DNA of 64,000 nucleotides from a virus. Of this stretch, positions 39,573 to 48,133 are shown piece after piece. The position numbers were made by a program, and so were the translations under genes. The DNA lies in IMG/VR virus record IMGVR_UViG_3300043399_001092, positions 1 through 64,000 of that record; one strand, given 5' to 3'. Each line of letters starts with the position of its first letter. Position 1 is the stretch's first letter. The notes below the pieces were generated by a model. The model had not been told where the DNA came from. It searched no databases and worked only from the letters and a program-made list of their open reading frames with translations.

Positions 39573-40428
39573 GTTTATAGCGTATGGTTTCTACAAATGA
39601 CTTCCCGTTAATAACAGTTACAACAGCTAAACCGTTGCACCAAACCTGTTTTTGTACTTTGGAAGCATAAGCAAAAACCGGAGCCGTGTGATCAGCCGCC
39701 GATCCTATTGCATAAGCCTCTACTTCTCTTTCGTGAAAAGACTGCTGCCGGTGTACATGTCCAAACATAACCGACTTCTTGATCTTCTGAAGATCGTTGT
39801 AAGCACAATGCTGATTGAAAGACTCTCCGTGGTATATCTTTAGATCACCCAAGATAAACTCATCCGCCGGATAACTTTCGTACACTTCGTAACCGCGTTG
39901 TATCAAACTCAGTGCTTCCATTGGACTCTTTATGGCATCCCGGATTTTGGAGTTGTCTGAGTCTTTAATGTACCGGTTGTGGCGATGTTCATGGTTTCCC
40001 CACATGTACACTTTACGTTTGAACGGGTAGGATTCCAGAACATCCAAAACGCTGTTTCCCTCGGCGTACTCTTTTCCCAAAGTCAATCCGGGAATGGGTA
40101 CTTTTCCACGATCGTGTGCAGAAAGAGAATTGAGGTCCAAGAAGTCACCGCCCAAAACAAGTCCAAAAGGTCTAATGGACTGTATCAAGTTGTTGATGCT
40201 CTCGAACATCTTACGGTTATGAAACGGTACGTGAGCATCAAATATGCACACCCAGGTTCCATCCTGTTGAGTCTTTTCACCGTTACCGGACTTGGAGCTT
40301 TTCCAGTTCTTATAACGCTTTCTAAGAGCATTACCGCTCATGTCAAAACTCAAAGCTGCCTTTTGCCAAGTGACACTTTTGCCACCAGATTCAACACTTC
40401 TGAAAAACCTTTCAAGTTCGTGTTTCAT
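39538..40428 (-). CDS. calcineurin-like metallophosphoesterase with N-terminal HTH-like segment
   Basis: DAH, GGDFLD, GNHE, HGE and GHVHR motifs; start reassigned to ATG 40428 (MKHEL). Confidence 0.85.
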   Translation of the reverse strand: MKHELERFFRSVESGGKSVTWQKAALSFDMSGNALRKRYKNWKSSKSGNGEKTQQDGTWVCIFDAHVPFHNRKMFESINNLIQSIRPFGLVLGGDFLDLNSLSAHDRGKVPIPGLTLGKEYAEGNSVLDVLESYPFKRKVYMWGNHEHRHNRYIKDSDNSKIRDAIKSPMEALSLIQRGYEVYESYPADEFILGDLKIYHGESFNQHCAYNDLQKIKKSVMFGHVHRQQSFHEREVEAYAIGSAADHTAPVFAYASKVQKQVWCNGLAVVTVINGKSFVETIRYKHGKIVFGGKPY

Positions 40429-40436
40429 ACAGACTG

Positions 40437-40473
40437 CAAATATAGTACACAAATAACTGTTTTTTCGTTCCTG
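40437..40473 (-). promoter_or_regulatory. Bacteroidota-type promoter (TATATTTG -7 box) with upstream CAGGAAC element
   Basis: Minus strand CAGGAAC-N22-TATATTTG; TAnnTTTG is the established Bacteroidota -7 consensus; lies just after a terminator. Confidence 0.7.
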
Positions 40474-40486
40474 TCACAACAAAATA

Positions 40487-40517
40487 AAACAAGGGAGTTT
40501 ACACCCCCTTGTTTTTG
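40487..40517 (-). terminator. intrinsic terminator after the holin genes
   Basis: AAACAAGGG..CCCTTGTTT inverted repeat followed by a T-rich tract on the minus strand. Confidence 0.6.
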
Positions 40518-40714
40518 ATGTTGATTTTCTCGGCACTTCTGCTGATACCATAAATGCCCAAGTCTGCGAATATCAAAAGTTGTAGCTCCGTTCCAATGTG
40601 GACCACCTGAAAACAGCTTAGTGCAACAAGGATTATCCACACAAATGATCGAAACGGACGGTTGTACGCAGCAAGTGTTTCCGGGTTTACGGCAAGTTTT
40701 TTGAGTATTTCCAT
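40499..40714 (-). CDS. holin-like membrane protein
   Basis: 71 aa; RP motif, two hydrophobic segments, YGISRSAEK and a basic tail as in small phage holins. Confidence 0.6.
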   Translation of the reverse strand: MEILKKLAVNPETLAAYNRPFRSFVWIILVALSCFQVVHIGTELQLLIFADLGIYGISRSAEKINIKNKGV

Positions 40715-41016
40715 TACGCCGTTTCTTTGTGTTTGTTTTCTACCCGGGCTTCCAGTCTGGCTATCTTTACACTGTGTTCATTTACGGTAACAGCCAAACT
40801 TTCTGTTCTTGCCGACAGATTGGTGTAGTTGTTTTTGATGTTCACCATATCCGTTTCTATGCGCACCAATGAACTCTTGATTTCGTCTTGACCGTCGCCG
40901 AGAAACTCTACCTTCTCAATCATCTGCTTGAGGTAGTATATGATAATACCTACCAGCGCAGAGAATAAAAAACTGATGGCATACATCATCAATTTAAACA
41001 GTTCTTCGTATGGCAT
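40714..41016 (-). CDS. single-TM coiled-coil protein (holin/antiholin-associated)
   Basis: N-terminal TM (YAISFLFSALVGIIIYYL) followed by a coiled coil; TAATG-coupled to the holin. Confidence 0.6.
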   Translation of the reverse strand: MPYEELFKLMMYAISFLFSALVGIIIYYLKQMIEKVEFLGDGQDEIKSSLVRIETDMVNIKNNYTNLSARTESLAVTVNEHSVKIARLEARVENKHKETA

Positions 41017-41031
41017 AGTGATGTTGATTAA

Positions 41032-41067
41032 ACAAGAAAGCAGTCCGGTGAGGGTACACCGGACTGC
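41032..41067 (-). terminator. intrinsic terminator after the fibre genes
   Basis: GCAGTCCGGTG-N6-CACCGGACTGC perfect 11-bp stem followed by TTTCTTGTT on the minus strand. Confidence 0.75.
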
Positions 41068-41078
41068 ATCCTGTTAGA

Positions 41079-41885
41079 TTAAGCAAACGTGTTGATTTTG
41101 TACAGCAGCTCTACCGTAACCGTGCTATCTCCCAAAGTGGGGTTTGCACCGGCACAAGAAATGGTAACGTCCTTAAACTCCTCCATTCCAATAGCATCGG
41201 TAATAACGCGAGGGAAAGCAAAAGAAGTTGTAGTTCCCGAGTTAAGAGGGTTAAGACTCGTATCTTGGAAGAACAAACTCGATCCAACGTTAAGATCAAT
41301 GCTCGTAACTCCCGTTACATCATACGCAGTGGTGTTGTAAAAGATTTTCCAGCTCAAGGCCAAAGGTTCAAAAGCAACACCAAGGGTGGCCGGAAGCAAC
41401 ACAATCGGCGTAGTTTTCATTGCCAGAATATCAGCAACCTTGAGTTCGATAACCGCATTGCGAACTACGTTTTGATACTGAGGGATCATAACCCATTCTC
41501 CGGCATCATTTCTTACAAAACGAACACAAGTGTTTGCCGGAACAGTAGCTTGAGTACCAATAAGGTTGCCGAGATAGTTGATCTGACCAGAAGGACTGGT
41601 AATGGTTGCCGCTTCGTTGGTAAAATTGGAAATGGTAATATCGGCCCAAGACTGAGCATCCTGGGGAAGATAGAAGTTACCGCTGCCCAACGAAATAAGG
41701 TTTACCAACTCATTCTGGTTGGTCATGTAGTAATCCCCGGTCCAAGAATTTACAAATTGGTTGTACACTTGGACAGCTTCATTAGCCAAAGGAGAAAAGG
41801 GAATACCGTTGCCAAATCCGAGAATAGTACCGGTAGGAGAATTTACGAACACCGACGAAGCGATGTATTTTTCACTGTAAGCCAT
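41079..41885 (-). CDS. putative virion fibre/decoration protein
   Basis: 268 aa, beta-rich T/S/N composition, last gene of the fibre cluster. Confidence 0.5.
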   Translation of the reverse strand: MAYSEKYIASSVFVNSPTGTILGFGNGIPFSPLANEAVQVYNQFVNSWTGDYYMTNQNELVNLISLGSGNFYLPQDAQSWADITISNFTNEAATITSPSGQINYLGNLIGTQATVPANTCVRFVRNDAGEWVMIPQYQNVVRNAVIELKVADILAMKTTPIVLLPATLGVAFEPLALSWKIFYNTTAYDVTGVTSIDLNVGSSLFFQDTSLNPLNSGTTTSFAFPRVITDAIGMEEFKDVTISCAGANPTLGDSTVTVELLYKINTFA

Positions 41886-41895
41886 AATGGTTGAT

Positions 41896-42045
41896 TTAAG
41901 AAGGTTGTTTTAGATTGTTTATGTACTCTTTACACTCTTGGATGCTGTCAAATAAAATCAGCACCGATCCGTCAAAGTAACTTGGTTTTTGCGGAACCAC
42001 CGGAGTTACCGGAGATCCGTCGGAATTGCAAGGAACTATTGTCAT
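41896..42045 (-). CDS. small fibre-associated protein, paralogue B (49 aa; not in the ORF track)
   Basis: MTIVPCNSDGSPVTPVVPQKPSYFDGSVLILFDSIQECKEYINNLKQPS; ATGA overlap with the upstream fibre gene; similar to 42680..42859. Confidence 0.75.
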   Translation of the reverse strand: MTIVPCNSDGSPVTPVVPQKPSYFDGSVLILFDSIQECKEYINNLKQPS

Positions 42046-42674
42046 TGTTTGTAGTATTTGATGAACGTGAGTTGAGATTCCAATAAGTCAAGAACGTTTC
42101 CTACTCCTCCGGCCGTAATAATATATTGATCAACCGTCCAATCTATTCCAACATAATTGGGCATATAATCAGCTCGGTGTTCAAGAATACTGTCTTCATT
42201 TACTGGAAAAACTATGGTTCCGTTTGCAGAATCAATATAGTGCAATGTTCTTACTAGTTGAATATATTTGATCGGAGAAACCATAGAAGCTTTTGCCAAA
42301 AGCTGTGCCCCCAAAAGAGATGGAGCCGTATTGACATAAACATTTACATACGCATCCGCAAGAGAGTCAATATTGGTAAACCGCATCAATACTTCTGCTA
42401 TTGTTCCGTTTTCAAACGTGTTTGCAGGAACAAGGGTGTACTGCAACAGGGTTTCCGATACACTTGTCGTGTATGCGGGGTTTTCGTTTGTGATAAACGA
42501 AGAAGTTGTATTAGCAGCATTGTAAGCAGCCATAAACTGCCTCAAGTATTCCGTGAGGTCAAACTGACCCTCGAACGCAAGAGATCCCAGTTGTTGGATA
42601 AACTGGTTTGGTCCGTGCATAAACTGGTTGGAGTTTATGACCGACGATCGAATTTTGATAGGTTGTATATCCAT
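42042..42674 (-). CDS. short fibre/receptor-binding-like protein
   Basis: C-terminal domain paralogous to that of 42856..44802 (LVPANTF, IDWTVDQYI); ATG at 42674. Confidence 0.65.
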   Translation of the reverse strand: MDIQPIKIRSSVINSNQFMHGPNQFIQQLGSLAFEGQFDLTEYLRQFMAAYNAANTTSSFITNENPAYTTSVSETLLQYTLVPANTFENGTIAEVLMRFTNIDSLADAYVNVYVNTAPSLLGAQLLAKASMVSPIKYIQLVRTLHYIDSANGTIVFPVNEDSILEHRADYMPNYVGIDWTVDQYIITAGGVGNVLDLLESQLTFIKYYKQ

Positions 42675-42679
42675 AGTTG

Positions 42680-42859
42680 TCAAAGTTGTTCTTCTGGTTG
42701 TTCAATGTTCTCTACAGGAGGATACTTTGTATTCCACCACACCGAAAATTCCTCTTCGCTGTCAAATACCCAAAGCGTTGTACCGTCATAAATGGTAGGC
42801 ATTGGGGGAACAATAGGTTCCAAAGGTTGTCCGTTTGGTCCACTGGGTACAGCTCTCAT
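42680..42859 (-). CDS. small fibre-associated protein, paralogue A (59 aa; not in the ORF track)
   Basis: MRAVPSGPNGQPLEPIVPPMPTIYDGTTLWVFDSEEEFSVWW...; ATGA overlap with the upstream fibre gene. Confidence 0.75.
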   Translation of the reverse strand: MRAVPSGPNGQPLEPIVPPMPTIYDGTTLWVFDSEEEFSVWWNTKYPPVENIEQPEEQL

Positions 42860-44802
42860 CGTTTGGTAAGATGTATAAAGTTAGAAGTTACCGTATCCGC
42901 TGCACTACCCAAAGTAGCAACCGTAAAAATATACTGGTCCACGGTCCAGTCAATATTGAGAGAAGTAACGGCCGTTGCACTGTTTTGGCTATCGGTAGCC
43001 AAAGCTGAAGCTGCACCAAACAGTTGAGTATTGGTAGCACTGATAATATTCAGTGTTCTTTCAACTTGGAGGAATGTACCTGCCGCAGCTAAAGTTTGAC
43101 CGGTAATGGTAAGCATTCCGGTTGTAGAAACACTGGTGTTTATATGCAGCCTTACCAACGCAGTACTGTTTGTTCCCGATTTAACGCACCGGTACATAAT
43201 AGCTATTACATCACCAGAGGTATAAGTATTTGCCGGTATCAAAATAGACTGCAAAATGGTAGCCGTGGTAGTACCGGTTACACTTTGTAGCACACTGTTC
43301 TTGAGGTAACTTGGATATGGAGGAGTTACAAACTCACCGTATCCACCACTTAACCACGTCATCACTTGACCGGTTGTTTCAGTACCGGTTTGATTCATGT
43401 TGTGGAGATCGTCAAAACCAATAGCTTCTCCAGGACGAACATAAATCTTGCCGTGATTAATGTGAGAATATTCTACATAACCCACAGATACTTTAAAATC
43501 AGGAGCCGTAGGTCTTACGTTGGTTAAACCACCCGGAGTTGTAGGAGATAACCACAATTCATCACCATCAACCCAAGTTTCACCTTGTAAAGAACCGGTA
43601 GTATTAATTTCCCGCACTTGTCCCAAAATGGTAATAAACCCTTCTTGGTTAACGGCAATATCTTCGGTAACAATACCCAAAGTTCCTTTTGCATTGGTTG
43701 CCGTATCTGCTTGAGCAAAGTCAACCGCTAATCGTTGTCCTTGAGCATCATCTACTCGAACAACCGCATAAGCAGCTTCGGTCAAGTTAGTACCGGTCTT
43801 GTTGACTACTCTTGCTACCATTTCTTGACCTACCTGTAAAGTTACATTACCACCCTTAAGACCTACATCCAACGTTCCATCAACATCGTTCCACTGCATC
43901 CTGGCTGTTGCACCAGTATTGGCCGGGGTAATATCAAAGTCAATAGAACCAACGTTGGTCAAATCGTTCTGGTTGAGGTCTATATCTAAACACGCTGTGT
44001 TTCCAACGGTAAGCACCGAACACAAATCCGGTGTAGATGAAGAACCGGATGGAAGAAACTCCGCTCTGGAGTTGGCAGATACCCACGTAAGCACATCATT
44101 GTTGCTTGGAGTAGTAGGTACATACACGTCTTGAATATCAGCCAATCCGTAACCGTAATTTGGTTTGACATAAATCTTACCCAAAGTAGCATGGGTGTAT
44201 TCAACGTAACCTACAATGACGCGGTAATTCGGGGAGGTGGGTTTAACGTTGGTAAGTCCTCCGGCAACCGTTGGGGACAGGTAAAGAATATCTCCGTCCA
44301 TCCATATTTCCCCTTGAGGAACACCGGTAGTGTCTATGTTTGCAACTTCACCCAGTGTACACACGAAACCTTCCCCTAAAACCGCTATATCTTCGACTAC
44401 AAGCCCTAAAACATCTTTGGTGGCAGTAGCATCCGCTCTTGCTAAACGAACGCTTACACGTTCACTAAATGCGTCATAGGGGTAAACTACTTTGTAGTCC
44501 GACTTGAGTAGTATTGCTGAGGTATCATTGATAACCCTGGTCATGTTCTGTTGCCCTACTTGTAGTACAACATCACCGCCACCAAGACCAAGATCAAGAG
44601 TTCCGTTGTCGCTGTTCCACACTAAAGTACCTTCCGTTGGTGTTCCGGTTGGAGTAGTGTCGAAAGTAATGTGATCAACATTGTCCAAAGCCGTACCGAT
44701 CAAACCGTTGATGTATCCGGTAAGATCAAAAGCGTATTTCTCCGGCAGCATAGACACCGGAACACCCAAACGGTCAGTAAATATCTTTAGGGTTACGTAC
44801 AT
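42856..44802 (-). CDS. head/tail fibre protein with two tandem ~190-aa repeats
   Basis: Repeat units GTLDLGL.GG.V.LQVGQ...EDIAV..EGF...W.DGD.L.LSPT..GGLTNV.PT.P...VGYVEY.H...GKIYV.P. Confidence 0.7.
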   Translation of the reverse strand: MYVTLKIFTDRLGVPVSMLPEKYAFDLTGYINGLIGTALDNVDHITFDTTPTGTPTEGTLVWNSDNGTLDLGLGGGDVVLQVGQQNMTRVINDTSAILLKSDYKVVYPYDAFSERVSVRLARADATATKDVLGLVVEDIAVLGEGFVCTLGEVANIDTTGVPQGEIWMDGDILYLSPTVAGGLTNVKPTSPNYRVIVGYVEYTHATLGKIYVKPNYGYGLADIQDVYVPTTPSNNDVLTWVSANSRAEFLPSGSSSTPDLCSVLTVGNTACLDIDLNQNDLTNVGSIDFDITPANTGATARMQWNDVDGTLDVGLKGGNVTLQVGQEMVARVVNKTGTNLTEAAYAVVRVDDAQGQRLAVDFAQADTATNAKGTLGIVTEDIAVNQEGFITILGQVREINTTGSLQGETWVDGDELWLSPTTPGGLTNVRPTAPDFKVSVGYVEYSHINHGKIYVRPGEAIGFDDLHNMNQTGTETTGQVMTWLSGGYGEFVTPPYPSYLKNSVLQSVTGTTTATILQSILIPANTYTSGDVIAIMYRCVKSGTNSTALVRLHINTSVSTTGMLTITGQTLAAAGTFLQVERTLNIISATNTQLFGAASALATDSQNSATAVTSLNIDWTVDQYIFTVATLGSAADTVTSNFIHLTKR

Positions 44803-45053
44803 TCAAGACAGGTAGTATTGCCGAAATTGGTACACAGACGCTTTTGAAGAGCAACAAAATCTTGCCACAGGGACAATTTGAAATTGCACCCTTGTTGTAT
44901 TAGGAACAACACCCGGCGTATTTTCCGAGCATCTTCCATGAGGTAGTCATTGCAGTCAATCAAATACTTTTTGCCCTCCACATACTGATATACGCGACGG
45001 ACATATTCGCATTTAAGACACTGTTCCGCATCCGCATCCAGTACTGGGTACAT
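44793..45053 (-). CDS. small Cys-rich structural protein
   Basis: 86 aa, 7 Cys, overlaps both neighbours in the structural operon. Confidence 0.55.
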   Translation of the reverse strand: MYPVLDADAEQCLKCEYVRRVYQYVEGKKYLIDCNDYLMEDARKIRRVLFLIQQGCNFKLSLWQDFVALQKRLCTNFGNTTCLECT

Positions 45054-45873
45054 TGCCGTTGGTTTTGGTCAGTGAACGAAGGTGGGTATAGATAGCTACC
45101 ATCTGGTTGCAATCAACACACGTGGATCCTTGAGCATGTAACTCATTCAGATAAACCAGTGCTTGGTAAACATCCAAGGTTTCGGTCAGGTCTTTGAGTT
45201 CAAATGCAGAAGTCGCAAGACAAACGTATTCGCAACAGACAAAAATACAAGAGGTCTCCGATTCAATGGCCATGTTGTACACACTGCACGGAAGAGCCAA
45301 AGTAGAATCACAAGGTGCGCCAAAAAAGAATCCGTAGGTGAACGTCATCGTTTCCGATTCGGAGTCATACGCAACACCGCAGGGAAGATCCGGGTATGTT
45401 ACATCTACACTATCGATAAAAATATCTCCACACTTAAGCGGTTCTTGAATATCAATGGTGTAAACGATAGTATATTCATTTCCATTGGTGTCTTTGATCT
45501 TAAAAGTTATTTGAGGATTGCCGGTGCTAAATTGAGCGGCAGTAATGTTCAACAAATAGCTTAGTTGAGAAACACCTGATACGGAACTAATATCGGTTGA
45601 GGACTCAACGGTAATCAAAGAAACATAAGAAACAGTAATTCCGGTTATGTTCAATCTAAAGGTGTAACCGTTTTCACTACTGAAAGAACAATTACTAATT
45701 GTTCCGTCAAAGTCGTAACGGTTTGGAAGTCGAACGGTTGTGTTGGTGCAATCGTTAATTGCCCAAGTAAAATCAACGTCCAGTTCTTGACCACTGTACC
45801 ACAATCCAAGAAGATCGGAATCTGGAGTAGTCGCCGTAATTTGATTACAGCTTTCGTTTGTTGCAAGAGTCAT
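45013..45873 (-). CDS. Cys-rich structural protein (hub/fibre-attachment-like)
   Basis: Start reassigned to ATG 45873 (MTLATNESC) because the upstream extension crosses a terminator; CGCG near the C-terminus. Confidence 0.6.
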   Translation of the reverse strand: MTLATNESCNQITATTPDSDLLGLWYSGQELDVDFTWAINDCTNTTVRLPNRYDFDGTISNCSFSSENGYTFRLNITGITVSYVSLITVESSTDISSVSGVSQLSYLLNITAAQFSTGNPQITFKIKDTNGNEYTIVYTIDIQEPLKCGDIFIDSVDVTYPDLPCGVAYDSESETMTFTYGFFFGAPCDSTLALPCSVYNMAIESETSCIFVCCEYVCLATSAFELKDLTETLDVYQALVYLNELHAQGSTCVDCNQMVAIYTHLRSLTKTNGNVPSTGCGCGTVS

Positions 45874-45877
45874 AGAC

Positions 45878-45913
45878 AAAAAAATAGGGGGAGAGGATAA
45901 CCTCCCCTCCCCC
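45878..45913 (-). terminator. intrinsic terminator/attenuator
   Basis: GC-rich GGGGAGG..CCTCTCCCC stem followed by TATTTTTTT after the 45929..47392 gene. Confidence 0.8.
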
Positions 45914-45928
45914 AGTACAAACAATCTC

Positions 45929-47392
45929 TTAGAAGAACAGGTTCGTGGACGTACACAGACCGTGCAGCGTAAAGTTGCTGTAGTTGTACGCACTACGCAG
46001 CCAATCGCCGAGAATAGTCTCCGTTTGACCAATCAAAACGTTGTTGACAGTGTCATACGTGTAATCTACAGCACCTGCAGCCAAAGTACCAGCATCAGCC
46101 GTCGGGTTAGTAGCAGCAGCAGGGAACAACATCACCACCGACTTCTCAAAGATCTGATGGCTGTTCATCGGCTCCAGATCATCGAAGTACTTGATTTCCG
46201 TGACCGTGTACAGGGCCGAGTACTCATTGGTGAAGTACAGGGGAACGGTCGGGAAGAAGTCACCGTGCGGTTGGTTCTGTTGCGAGTTCTGGATAGCAGC
46301 ATTAGCTCTCCAACGCATCCACAGAAGACGACCAACGTTCAGCGGCTCACGGCTTTCCGAACCTTCTTGGATAACCGGAAGAGCAGCACGGAATCCACCT
46401 TCGACACCCAGGATGACGCGCTCACGCATCGTCGGAATATCGGTGAAAGCAATGGGCAGCGTTTCATCCAACGCACAGACAATGAATCCGTCGATGATGT
46501 TGGCGGCAGCAATCGGGTTGACCGTGTTAATGGGAACAATCTCCGAGGTAGCCGTCAAAGCCGTGTTCGCAATAAGAGCGGAGACGGTTTGAACAAAAGC
46601 ATAGTCGGCAGTAAACGTCAAGGACGTACCGTTGACCGTAGCCCACGTAAACGAACCGCCGTTGACAATAGTACCCAAAGGTTGACCAGTGGAAGTACCG
46701 GCCAGGTTGATACCAAACACCACAAAGTTCTTACGACCGCGCTGACGACCGGGAGCATTGGACCACAGCTTGGAGAACGTTGCCAGTTTACCGGCAACAT
46801 TGTGAAGCATGTGGCTACGCGATTGAGTAGCCGTGTAACCCAGAGCCGTGTAGTCGGGAGTTACAAACGAAGCATACTGACGATCATCAAGCACTTGACC
46901 ATAGTAGGTGTGCTGACGGCTTCCACGCATCACCACCGAAGCGGCGTAATTGGTGTTGGACGTGGGAGTAGCCACGGAAGTCACCGAAACAGCGTTGTAG
47001 GAACCGTAGTTCGGGAAGGTCGTGGACACACTCCGAATACGATCACCAACAATGGAATCGGACTTTACCACCGGCTGATCACCGAAACCAAAGCGACCGG
47101 CAAGAGCCAAGTTAGCAGAAGCCGGAGTTCCTTGAACGATATAAATCGAAGGAACGCCAGGATAAACATCGTTAGCGGTGTTTTGAAGGTGTTCGTAATA
47201 ATCACGAACCGTGCTGTCCGAAGAGGAACAAACGGCGGAAATATAACCGTTTGGCAGATTCAACGCCGTACCCGTTCCAACAAGGTTGTTGTCAGGGAAA
47301 GAGGGCGAAGCAACAGGAAATGCAGTTTGGGTGTTACCCGCCACAATAAAGCAATCCTTTTGCAGAAAAGTGGTTTTCTTAGTAGTTGGCAT
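45929..47392 (-). CDS. abundant virion protein (auxiliary capsid / crAss gene73-like)
   Basis: 487 aa, codon bias like the MCP gene, own terminator, conserved position after the ring gene. Confidence 0.6.
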   Translation of the reverse strand: MPTTKKTTFLQKDCFIVAGNTQTAFPVASPSFPDNNLVGTGTALNLPNGYISAVCSSSDSTVRDYYEHLQNTANDVYPGVPSIYIVQGTPASANLALAGRFGFGDQPVVKSDSIVGDRIRSVSTTFPNYGSYNAVSVTSVATPTSNTNYAASVVMRGSRQHTYYGQVLDDRQYASFVTPDYTALGYTATQSRSHMLHNVAGKLATFSKLWSNAPGRQRGRKNFVVFGINLAGTSTGQPLGTIVNGGSFTWATVNGTSLTFTADYAFVQTVSALIANTALTATSEIVPINTVNPIAAANIIDGFIVCALDETLPIAFTDIPTMRERVILGVEGGFRAALPVIQEGSESREPLNVGRLLWMRWRANAAIQNSQQNQPHGDFFPTVPLYFTNEYSALYTVTEIKYFDDLEPMNSHQIFEKSVVMLFPAAATNPTADAGTLAAGAVDYTYDTVNNVLIGQTETILGDWLRSAYNYSNFTLHGLCTSTNLFF

Positions 47393-47395
47393 AAG

Positions 47396-48133
47396 TTACT
47401 GTTTTTGATTGATAGCCACTCCTTGTGGCACCAACAAAGTACGATAAAGGTTTTGCACCGTCATATCCACAAGCAGCGAGTGATATTGCTCGGGAAGATC
47501 GGAATTTACTTGAGGGTCCCCGGTTGTGTACAGTCCATCCAACGAATCATATCCGCCAAAATAGACAACAACAGGTTTTTTGATATACTCGATACGAACG
47601 GAGTTCACTGCAAACTGTCCGTCCGTGTACACATACAAAGAGCTTTCTCCAGTACCATTGTTCGTTTTTCCTATGGCACCGATGCACCGTCTCCATTTCA
47701 ACGACGGTTTTCTCAGCGGATCGATAAGTACTACGTTTAAGTCATCGTGTTGTACCAGTTGCAAATTGGTCAAAGACCAACCTGAACAATCCGTGAATAC
47801 ATAAGCTCTCAATATATGGACATAATCAAACGCAAGAGAAGAGAACGGAACCTCATAGACGTTGAGCGTCGAATCAAAGTTAATGGGTGCAACATCTGGT
47901 TGTTCGGGATTCTTGACCACCAAGGTCGAGAGCATATCCGTTCTCTGCTGCGTTACTTCAAATCCAAGATCGTAAGCCATTGACATCTTACCAGAGTAAA
48001 AGCCCTCCACGTAGTCCGTGGTTGCAGCATTTATAGCTCTGTCGATATGCGCCGGAGGTAAGTCCCGCAACACATTAGTATCAAGCTTATTGGCTCGAAA
48101 CTTTACCTCAAAGTGCATTTCGTTGATGTTCAC
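47396..48133 (-). CDS. ring/neck protein (crAss gene74-like)
   Basis: MNINEMH..FEVTQQRTDML..EYIKKP..SDLPEQYHSLLVDMTV pattern. Confidence 0.75.
   Translation of the reverse strand: MNINEMHFEVKFRANKLDTNVLRDLPPAHIDRAINAATTDYVEGFYSGKMSMAYDLGFEVTQQRTDMLSTLVVKNPEQPDVAPINFDSTLNVYEVPFSSLAFDYVHILRAYVFTDCSGWSLTNLQLVQHDDLNVVLIDPLRKPSLKWRRCIGAIGKTNNGTGESSLYVYTDGQFAVNSVRIEYIKKPVVVYFGGYDSLDGLYTTGDPQVNSDLPEQYHSLLVDMTVQNLYRTLLVPQGVAINQKQ

Noticed and set aside
41079-44802. Diversity-generating retroelement acting on the fibre tips
   Set aside because: No reverse transcriptase in the window and no near-identical template/variable repeat pair differing at adenines; the paralogy is protein-level only.
45962-47740. 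592-aa plus-strand ORF
   Set aside because: Antisense shadow of strongly codon-biased structural genes; no recognisable motifs or start context.
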